Part shown: positions 56,477 to 64,000 of the stretch, in pieces
Layout: every line of letters starts with the position of its first letter
Numbering within the stretch: the first letter of the stretch is position 1
Origin: an uncultured Chlorobiaceae bacterium
GTDB taxonomy: Bacteria; Bacteroidota; Ignavibacteria; UBA10030; SZUA-254
Length of the DNA: 64,000 bases
Assembly: GCA_964471945.1 (NCBI GenBank)
Contig: CAYYIJ010000002.1
Location: 10,481 to 74,480, forward strand
Reading direction: 5' to 3'
Notes under the pieces: model-generated
What the model was told of the DNA's origin: nothing
Database searches by the model: none
Seen by the model: the letters and a program-made list of their open reading frames with translations, nothing else
Made by a program: the position numbers and the translations under genes

Positions 56477-57142
56477 GAATGCTTGAGGATAGAGTAACAG
56501 ACAAAGGAAATGATATGGTTCGGACTGATGCGTCTTCCAATGCAGGATGTTAACAATCGGGCAGAAAACAAAAAATTATCAAATAACTTGATTTTATTAA
56601 TAAACCGAGCGATATTACTTCATAATAATAACTATACAAAAGGGTATTTTATGGAAACAAACAAAACAGAAGCACAACCCGAAGTTGGAGAATTCAAAGG
56701 AAAACCAACTTTACGAATCCCACTTGTAGAAGAGCCATCAGCCAATACACCGTGGCATTGGTTTACGTTTGGCAAAAGCAAAGCAAAAGCAATCGTAAAG
56801 TACTACGATGCCATTAAGAAGTTTGCCGAAGAATAGCAAAAGGTGGCTTTCAACCCGGCAATAACCCAAGATGAAGGTAACCTTTAACTAAGTTCGAGAA
56901 AATTATGTGAAAGCCGTCAAAGATTTGTTGTTGCAACACCTGAACTTATTCGAATATTTGATGGAAAAGACCTTACACAAACGATGCAAACGAAGTTGAA
57001 AGCGGTTGGTATGGATACTGAAAATAATAAAGTACAGTTTGATAGCACATACACGAAGGTAAAAACAAAACTAGTTACTATCAAAGATATTCAATTACTG
57101 ACTTTTCTCCACCAATTACATTTTCTAATGCATGATAAGATT

Positions 57143-58726
57143 CTACCTAGATCCACTCGCCCTTCCTTCACCCAATGTTTTCTCGTATTCTTGTTTGTAA
57201 CGTTTTAAACCATTGAATATCGCTTCGGCTATTCGCTGTTGTCCTTTGGCACTTTTTAAAATATTCTCGTCGTTTTTGTTCGAGAGATATCCCGCTTCCA
57301 CAAGCACATTTGGCATCGAGGCACCAACCAGAACATAAAAACCTGCTTGCTTCACTCCATTATTTAACAGATCGAGATGTCTACCCATTTCCTGTGCAAG
57401 TATTTCAGCAAACTGCTCGCTGTATTTTACATACGCGCTTTGCGCCATCGTAAGAAGGATAAAATTCTCTTCTGTCAATTTTTGATAACGTTTTTCATAA
57501 TCCTGTTCCAACTTTACAACCTCATTTTCACGTTCGGCAATTCGAAGAGCATGATCTGTTTTTCCAGGGCGAAGGAGGTATATCTCAAAACCGTTTTCTG
57601 TCCGATTTTTTCTCGGCATAGAGTTGCAATGGATACTGATGAAAAGCTTTCCACCATTCTGGTTTGCAATCTGTCCCCGACGATATAATTCGACAAAGGT
57701 ATCTGTTTTACGTGTGTACACAACATTAACGCCGGGTAAATTTTTTTCAATGAGTTTTCCTAATTTCAATGCAATAGACAGGGTAATATCTTTCTCGCGA
57801 GTGCCAGTAACTCCGATAGCCCCTGGGTCATCGCCACCGTGGCCTGCATCTATTACAACAACATCAAGCTTCCACTTATCGCGTTCACGCTGAAGCTCAC
57901 GCTCATAATTGCGTGTTCTGCGTGCTTCCTCTTGTTCTTTCGTGGCTGTCTGAAGTGCGATGAGGATATCGGTTCCATTTTCACCAATCATCGGTTCGGC
58001 AGCATTGATTTGTCCCTTTAAACGTAACGTAAGCTGGACAGATGTTGGATATTGAAATGCCAAAATTTGTTTGACTATCCCGGTAGGTTTGATACTCTTA
58101 ATGGTATTTATATCTGCACGGGTATTGGCAAGTGTGATATAAAACCATGTATCATTTCCGATTTGCTTGGGCCAGCATTCGTAGTCATTGATCTTCTTTT
58201 TACTGTGTATCTGTACGAGCAAGCCATTCGATTTTTCATCGAAACTTAAATTCGTAACATCAAATGCAGACTTCATTGTCTCAGTCCCGATAGTAATCCG
58301 AATTCCATCGAAAGAAATCTCTTCGACTATTACAGTTTTGAGAATTGAAATGATTTCGGTTGTTGGAATAAAAAATGAGTTTGCAACAAATATTATGTTT
58401 GCAGATAATTGTAAGAGATTTGCATTCTCTTTTTTATCGACTATAACAACAAACGGATTGTTTGCTGTAAATTTCAGTGTGAATTCATCCGTGCGTAACT
58501 CAATTTTTTTCGATTCGCTGTTGATGTATGTTTTAAGCTTTAAAACTTGCGCAAAATCATTCAATGAACAGTACAGAACATTGTTTTTTAGGAATGCACC
58601 AATATTCGTATTGAGTGATGGAGTTTTTGGGAATTGAATTGGTATTGAATTTTGTGCCCCAGTAGAAGTCGCCGAAATGTATATCAAAGCAAAAAGAATA
58701 AAGCGTAACGTGGTTCGGGCGCTCAT
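57143..58726 (-). CDS. N-acetylmuramoyl-L-alanine amidase (Amidase_3, AmiC-like) with an N-terminal AMIN-like domain.
   Basis: VVVIDAGHGGDDPGAIG and ISIHCNS zinc-ligand motifs, plus a signal peptide. Confidence 0.8.
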   Translation of the reverse strand: MSARTTLRFILFALIYISATSTGAQNSIPIQFPKTPSLNTNIGAFLKNNVLYCSLNDFAQVLKLKTYINSESKKIELRTDEFTLKFTANNPFVVIVDKKENANLLQLSANIIFVANSFFIPTTEIISILKTVIVEEISFDGIRITIGTETMKSAFDVTNLSFDEKSNGLLVQIHSKKKINDYECWPKQIGNDTWFYITLANTRADINTIKSIKPTGIVKQILAFQYPTSVQLTLRLKGQINAAEPMIGENGTDILIALQTATKEQEEARRTRNYERELQRERDKWKLDVVVIDAGHGGDDPGAIGVTGTREKDITLSIALKLGKLIEKNLPGVNVVYTRKTDTFVELYRRGQIANQNGGKLFISIHCNSMPRKNRTENGFEIYLLRPGKTDHALRIAERENEVVKLEQDYEKRYQKLTEENFILLTMAQSAYVKYSEQFAEILAQEMGRHLDLLNNGVKQAGFYVLVGASMPNVLVEAGYLSNKNDENILKSAKGQQRIAEAIFNGLKRYKQEYEKTLGEGRASGSR

Positions 58727-58934
58727 AATGAAAAAAAAGCTCTTAGGAAAATAATAAATAATTTTATACGTGGGAATCTTGTGTGCGAATCAAATCGGTT
58801 GTGGATTTCCTGTCCGGTTACTTTATTTCTTGTAATAATGATTACTGATAATGGGCTTTTCATGTCCGTTGTTAGATGTTAGATATTGGATGTTCGTTGC
58901 TTTTTGTTCATAGTTCTTTGACTTCAATCATTAG

Positions 58935-60077
58935 TCACACGAAGCTTTCGATAATAACAATGTTTCTTTTCTTTAATTCTTCAATCAACGGTACTAGTGG
59001 TACGCTTTGTTCTGGCGGAAGGACTCCGCGGGCGGTTATTCTTCCATCCATAACCATTTGTATGATTATAGATGTTGGAAAGGACGTTGTACGCGCCATT
59101 GCCGATATATTTAATTTATCATCATAATAATCTATCATCTCATACATGAGTGATTTTTGTTGATTGTTGATCGTACCTATAATCCAAACTTTCATCAATA
59201 CAACATCCTGTCCTGTGGATGGAAGTTTTTTCTTCAACAGCTCCTGGAAAACTTCCCTTGCTGTCCGCAATGAATTACCGACCATAATCGGCTCGGAGCT
59301 TGCAAAACCGAGATCGAATAATGTTTTGAACTTCTCACAATGTCCTTTGTATCGAATCGTTTTGTAATCAAGCTCCCTGACTTTTCCTTCGAACATCTGT
59401 GTGAGAGTCGAGACACCGCCGGAGGTATTGAATGCTTCCATTTTCCCAAACGGTTTCGAAAATTCAATTTCTTCAAGGTCAGCCATCGCCTCCACGAGAT
59501 TTATTTTACTATCGCGAATCACTTCTACCGGTTCAAGGTATTCATTGATAAGCCCCTCAACCGAAAATACGAGTATATAATTCAGGGGCGGCTGAGGGTA
59601 TCTCGGTAATCCACCGACACGAAGATGTATCTCGTCAACATTCTCAAATATTTTTGCACCACCTGCACCTAAAATAGTGGCAATCCCCGGCGCTAAACCA
59701 CAGTTTGGTAAAATCAAAACATTCGCCGACTTGGCTTTTGCATCAAGCTCCATTTGTTTGTAGACAACATCCATGTTTCCGCCAAGATCACAGAAGTGCT
59801 TTCGTGCCTCGATTGCTGCTTTAGTCAACATTAAATTATGATTATAAGAAGTCGCTCCACAAACAACATCGACACGACCCATCAAATCAATGAGATCATC
59901 GTAGTAGCTGACATCGAGTTTTACCGGCTCAACATTTCTGCCAATCGTTTGTGCAATATTTTTTGCACGTTCAAAGTCGATATCTGCAAGTATCACCTTC
60001 TCGACCCCATCAGAATGTGCAAGATCGTATGCCATTGCACTTCCCATCATGCCTGCACCAATTACAAGTGCTTTCAT
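58935..60077 (-). CDS. Saccharopine dehydrogenase family NAD(P)-binding oxidoreductase.
   Basis: N-terminal Rossmann GAGMMGS and the Sacchrp_dh_NADP/C architecture. Confidence 0.7.
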   Translation of the reverse strand: MKALVIGAGMMGSAMAYDLAHSDGVEKVILADIDFERAKNIAQTIGRNVEPVKLDVSYYDDLIDLMGRVDVVCGATSYNHNLMLTKAAIEARKHFCDLGGNMDVVYKQMELDAKAKSANVLILPNCGLAPGIATILGAGGAKIFENVDEIHLRVGGLPRYPQPPLNYILVFSVEGLINEYLEPVEVIRDSKINLVEAMADLEEIEFSKPFGKMEAFNTSGGVSTLTQMFEGKVRELDYKTIRYKGHCEKFKTLFDLGFASSEPIMVGNSLRTAREVFQELLKKKLPSTGQDVVLMKVWIIGTINNQQKSLMYEMIDYYDDKLNISAMARTTSFPTSIIIQMVMDGRITARGVLPPEQSVPLVPLIEELKKRNIVIIESFV

Positions 60078-60712
60078 TTCAAAATTTCTCCTGTAGCAAT
60101 ACTCCAGAAGAGTAAATCTAATTCATCCATATCTATTTTAATCTTTTTAGAAAAATTCCGAAATTTTTCCTCGATTTGCAAATATTTCTTTGCAGTAAGT
60201 GTTTTAGGTAACTCGCGAAGAACACCGAGACGAAAAAGACTTCTGAGAATATGACGGTCGAGGATCGCTAAATTGCGATGACCGATATTTCGGAGGAAGT
60301 GCGACGATTCTTTCCAGCCCAAACCCTTAACATTTTTAACAAACCAAAGGCGCAATTCTTCACTCGGTTGATTATTTGAAAGTTGTTTTAAGATCGAAGG
60401 AAATTGTATTTTCAGCAGCCGCAGATATCTCGATTTATTTTTATGAAATCTGATGTAGCAATCCTTGTTTCGAAGAATCGATTCTGGATTAACTTGTCTG
60501 TTATGGAAGTTATTCTTTTTTAGCATCCTGATTACTTTATCGGCATTCACTGCGCTTGACTGAGGAGTCAGCAGACAGTAAACAAGCTCGTAGAAATATT
60601 CCGAAGTTGGAACCGATGAAAAATCACTGAGCCGACTTCGGATAGCAGATTTCTGTTTAACATATAATTGCTGCAATTCTTTATAGGAAATTCTCTTTTT
60701 TGATTTAATCAT
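60074..60712 (-). CDS. ogg: Ogg2-type 8-oxoguanine DNA glycosylase / N-glycosylase-DNA lyase (HhH-GPD).
   Basis: HhH motif VKGLGWKESSHFLRNIG followed by a catalytic Lys/Asp region (LAILDRHI). Confidence 0.6.
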   Translation of the reverse strand: MIKSKKRISYKELQQLYVKQKSAIRSRLSDFSSVPTSEYFYELVYCLLTPQSSAVNADKVIRMLKKNNFHNRQVNPESILRNKDCYIRFHKNKSRYLRLLKIQFPSILKQLSNNQPSEELRLWFVKNVKGLGWKESSHFLRNIGHRNLAILDRHILRSLFRLGVLRELPKTLTAKKYLQIEEKFRNFSKKIKIDMDELDLLFWSIATGEILK

Positions 60713-60899
60713 AATGAAAAGATACGTAAAGATGGCAGGAAATACAAAGAGAGAAGATTCCGATGAGATTCTCTATGCACGATTCATGCTGCATGATGTA
60801 AACAGTCTTAACATGAATCATGAATCTTGAAGCCTGAATCAATTAAAAATATTTGTGGTTTTTTTCAATTGTAATCTGTACATTGAGTAGCAAAATATT

Positions 60900-61769
60900 T
60901 TGAAAAAGAACATGGCACACGTTTCAAATCCTAAAGCAGAAGAAATATTAGATAAAGAATTCAAATGCCTCAACGCCGGTTTCGTCCGCTTGGTCGATTA
61001 CATGGGCGGTGATGAATCGATCGTTCAGGCGGCACGTGTATCGTACGGCAAGGGAACGAAATCAATCAGCGAAGATCGGATTCTCCTTCGTTATCTGATG
61101 CGCCACTTACATACTACACCATTTGAGATGGTTGAATTGAAATTCCATGTCAAACTCCCGATATTTGTCGCTCGTCAATGGATTCGTCACCGTACTGCAA
61201 ACGTAAATGAACTATCGGGACGTTATTCGATCATGAAAGATGAATTTTATGTCCCTTCGGCTGAAGCGGTTAAAAGACAAAGTGTCAAAAACAAACAAGG
61301 TCGCTCCGATGATGATGTTTCACCCGAGCTACAACAAAAAATTTTAGACGTGCTTCTATTAGATCAGCAATCTACTTATAAGCATTATGAAGAATTTCTA
61401 AATGATAACATCGCACGCGAGCTTGCCCGCATCAATCTTCCGCTTTCGCTTTATACCGAATGGTATTGGAAGATCGACTTGCACAATCTCCTTCATTTCT
61501 TAAAGCTGAGGATGGATAAACATGCACAGTACGAAATCCGCATTTACGCTGAAACGATGGGAGAAATTGTTAAGCGTGTAGCCCCGATAGCATGGGAATC
61601 ATTTGAGGATTATGCTTTATATGGTGAGCGATTCTCAAAAGCTGAGCTGCAAGTAATTGCTGATAATCTCGATATAAAAAAGATCACAAAAGAATCTATC
61701 GAGAAGTACGAATTGAAGGGATTAGAAGCGGATGAGTTTTTGGAGAAACTTAGAAAGCTTAAAGGATAA
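60900..61769 (+). CDS. thyX: FAD-dependent thymidylate synthase ThyX.
   Basis: ThyX signature RHRTANVNELSGR (RHRx7S). Confidence 0.85.
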   Translation: MKKNMAHVSNPKAEEILDKEFKCLNAGFVRLVDYMGGDESIVQAARVSYGKGTKSISEDRILLRYLMRHLHTTPFEMVELKFHVKLPIFVARQWIRHRTANVNELSGRYSIMKDEFYVPSAEAVKRQSVKNKQGRSDDDVSPELQQKILDVLLLDQQSTYKHYEEFLNDNIARELARINLPLSLYTEWYWKIDLHNLLHFLKLRMDKHAQYEIRIYAETMGEIVKRVAPIAWESFEDYALYGERFSKAELQVIADNLDIKKITKESIEKYELKGLEADEFLEKLRKLKG

Positions 61770-61770
61770 T

Positions 61771-62151
61771 TCATTCATGCCTATTGTTAATTTTTCTCAT
61801 TTGTTTGATCTCGCTTCTTCGCTTCTTCTTTGGCTTCAATGCTTTCTGAAGTAACTCTACAAATTTTCTAACAGCATCTCCTCTGTTCTTCCACTGGCTC
61901 CGCGATTCTTGCGATACGATGTGAAGCATTCCTTCCACATCAATCTGGCTTTTTAGATTTTTCAGAATGCTATCTCGCTGAAGCTCAGATAAACTTGGAG
62001 AGCTAACCACATCAAAAAGCAATTCCACCTTTGTTTCAACTTTGTTTACGTTCTGTCCACCCCTGCCGCCGCTGCGTGCAAACTTGAAACGTAATTCAGA
62101 GATTGGAATTTCTAAATTTTGGTTGATATATATTTTCTCAAACGCTAACAT
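61771..62151 (-). CDS. arfB: Alternative ribosome-rescue factor ArfB (peptidyl-tRNA hydrolase, RF-1-domain protein).
   Basis: GGQ motif (SGGRGGQNVNKVETKV) and a basic C-terminal tail. Confidence 0.8.
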   Translation of the reverse strand: MLAFEKIYINQNLEIPISELRFKFARSGGRGGQNVNKVETKVELLFDVVSSPSLSELQRDSILKNLKSQIDVEGMLHIVSQESRSQWKNRGDAVRKFVELLQKALKPKKKRRSEIKQMRKINNRHE

Positions 62152-62341
62152 ACTTTGGTACTAACATACTAAATTGCTCAACCACTTCAAACCTTGCATT
62201 TCCATTCAATCTTTGCTAATTTGGATTACCCTGCTGTGCTTGCCTTGTAAGATGATCTCGGCTGAGGTTGAGGATGGCAGGGTGAGGTGTTTTCAGCCTG
62301 ACAAAATGCCTGTGAAAGATTGCAGATTACAAATTACAGAT

Positions 62342-64000
62342 TTGGGAATTTATTCATTGCTAGAAGAAGTCAAACATAAAATATTTCAATCGGAAAAATT
62401 TATAAACTTTACCGATAAAGTTGCAAACCTTCAACCTGGCGCCCCATTAAGCACATCTGGGGTGAATGGGTCGCTATTAGCTTTCCTCGCTGCAAATCTT
62501 TTTGAACACGAAGATCGACAGATTGTTTTGATTGCCTCAGAAGAAGATATAGCTGAAAAGCTCCGCGATGATTGTGCTGTAATTGTCGGTGAACAAAATG
62601 TACGATTATTTGGCGCTCGCCCAATCCATCAAGCTCAAATGCTTGACATGTCTTCTACTATACTACAGATCGAGACATTAAAATCTCTTGCGACCGGGAA
62701 ACGACTAATTATTGTTGCCTCACCGAACTCGATAGTAGAAAAAATTCCTCCACCTGAAAATTTTAATCGAACAATTATCGACATCGAAGTCAACAAAGAG
62801 TATAATTTCCAGAAATTCATAGAACAACTTGAGCAAATCGGATTCGATAGAAAAAATTTCGTCGAGAGTTACGGCGATTTTGCTGTTCGTGGAGGAATCA
62901 TAGATGTGTTTCCATATGTCGGTGAGAATCCGATTAGGTTAGAGTTTTGGGGTGATACTGTTGAATCTATTCGTGAGTTCGATGTGTTATCCCAGCGTTC
63001 GATTCAAGAATTGAAATCGGCAAGCATCGTCCCGGCGTTAACTACGGATGACACGGAAACAACACCAATGCACACTGCATCATTATTTGATTATCTAAAT
63101 AAAGATGCAATCATCATTCTTGATGAACCTGAAATCATCAAAAGAGAAATCGATGAGTTCCGAAAGGAAAGTGTAACAAACTTATTTACTTACGAGGAAA
63201 TTCTCCAACATGTTGGAAAATATCAGCTTATTCATAGTTCTGCTTTCAAATCGGATCAATCTGAAATCCAAAATCTGAAATCTGAAATCACCTGGGATTT
63301 TAGATCCCAGTCACAGCCCTCATTCAACGGCAGCATCAATCATCTCGTCGATCATCTCGATAAACTAACTAACGAAGGATACAAAATTTTCCTCGCAAGC
63401 GATACAAAGGCAGAGGCAGATAGATTGAAAGAGTTAATTGAAGAAGATGTAACAAAACCGGAAAACCCTGAAGGTGATTTAAGATTCAAGATTCAAGATG
63501 CGGGATCTTCTTCATTCAGCGTACAACCTAAATCTTACATCCAACCGGTGTTTATAGCTGAGACAATCCATTCTGGCTTTCTCTATCATTCTGCAAAGTT
63601 AGCTGTTTTCACAGAACATGAAATCTTCGGTCGGGTAAAGCGTCGCGGATTAATAGCTCATCGTCGCTTTAAAGGTTTTTCACAAAAAGAGCTGCAACAA
63701 CTCAAACGCGGCGATTATGTCGTTCATATTGATCATGGCATCGGCGAGTTTGCTGGCTTGACAAAAATAAAAATCGGTGGCGTTGAACAAGAGGTGATGA
63801 AAGTATTGTTTCTTGAAAACGATAAGCTGTATGTTAATCTCAACTTTATAAACAGAGTGCAAAAATATTCATCGCAGGAAGGGCACGTTCCGAAACTTAC
63901 CAAGTTAGGTTCACCCGATTGGGAGCGGATGAAAGCAAAAGCCAAACACCGCATCAAAGATATTGCACGCGACCTCATTGCACTCTATGCGAAACGAAAA
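62342..64000 (+). CDS. mfd: Transcription-repair coupling factor Mfd, N-terminal ~550 aa; continues beyond the window.
   Basis: Open frame to the window end with UvrB-homology and RNAP-interaction regions (...VHIDHGIGEFAGL...KLGSPDWERMKAK). There is no in-frame ATG after the upstream stop, so a TTG start near 62342 or 62357 is assumed; coordinates are approximate. Confidence 0.75.
   Translation, partial: MGIYSLLEEVKHKIFQSEKFINFTDKVANLQPGAPLSTSGVNGSLLAFLAANLFEHEDRQIVLIASEEDIAEKLRDDCAVIVGEQNVRLFGARPIHQAQMLDMSSTILQIETLKSLATGKRLIIVASPNSIVEKIPPPENFNRTIIDIEVNKEYNFQKFIEQLEQIGFDRKNFVESYGDFAVRGGIIDVFPYVGENPIRLEFWGDTVESIREFDVLSQRSIQELKSASIVPALTTDDTETTPMHTASLFDYLNKDAIIILDEPEIIKREIDEFRKESVTNLFTYEEILQHVGKYQLIHSSAFKSDQSEIQNLKSEITWDFRSQSQPSFNGSINHLVDHLDKLTNEGYKIFLASDTKAEADRLKELIEEDVTKPENPEGDLRFKIQDAGSSSFSVQPKSYIQPVFIAETIHSGFLYHSAKLAVFTEHEIFGRVKRRGLIAHRRFKGFSQKELQQLKRGDYVVHIDHGIGEFAGLTKIKIGGVEQEVMKVLFLENDKLYVNLNFINRVQKYSSQEGHVPKLTKLGSPDWERMKAKAKHRIKDIARDLIALYAKRK

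Noticed and set aside
56150-57140. Search for a CRISPR array next to the Cas6-like fragment.
   Set aside because: No direct repeats of 25-40 bp with regular spacing are present anywhere in the window.
62409-62820. Minus-strand ORFs 62409..62624 and 62635..62820.
   Set aside because: They are antisense to the conserved Mfd N-terminal coding region.

Overview
This is a low-GC bacterial chromosome segment (roughly 35-40% GC) with dense coding. T9SS-type C-terminal sorting tails, frequent TPR proteins, sigma-54 activators and many multiheme cytochromes point to the FCB group, possibly Ignavibacteria-like. I see no rRNA, tRNA or CRISPR array. ORF-track coordinates are used for coding features; coordinates I derived myself may be off by 1-2 nt.

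Content in order:
- Housekeeping genes: peptide transporter, alcohol dehydrogenase, VOC protein, threonine/serine dehydratase, TauE permease.
- A compact four-gene defense island, all on the + strand: XRE-type HTH, ImmA/IrrE zinc peptidase, TIR-APAZ, then a catalytically inactive short prokaryotic Argonaute (a SPARTA-type system). A roughly 360-nt GC-rich, hairpin-rich element with no ORF lies just upstream of it.
- A sulfur module: Cys-rich MerR regulator, SQR-like flavoprotein, DUF1641, TusE/DsrC and a DsrE-like protein.
- A molybdenum-cofactor operon: moaA, fused moaC-mogA, moeA, a MOSC protein and mobA, preceded by a structured leader that may be a Moco riboswitch.
- A redox/electron-transfer regulon: a sensor kinase with a periplasmic CxxCH heme motif, an NtrC-type sigma-54 activator, an orphan receiver protein, candidate -24/-12 promoters, three multiheme cytochromes, two NHL beta-propeller lipoproteins, outer-membrane beta-barrel candidates and a PMT-like/TPR membrane protein.
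- A subtilisin-like protease with clearly higher GC than its surroundings; an FGGY sugar kinase; a MocA/XdhC molybdoenzyme-maturation pair.
- A minus-strand surface-protein operon (beta-helix protein, T9SS cargo protein, FecR-like, transglutaminase-like and lipoprotein genes) lying downstream of a membrane CHASE2-sigma-54 activator.
- A cell-envelope operon (M23 peptidase, DUF4292-like lipoprotein, TPR lipoprotein) and a CpoB-like protein.
- A decayed non-coding patch containing a Cas6-like C-terminal fragment.
- An amidase, then housekeeping genes: saccharopine dehydrogenase-like, Ogg-type glycosylase, thyX, arfB, and the 5' part of mfd running off the window.
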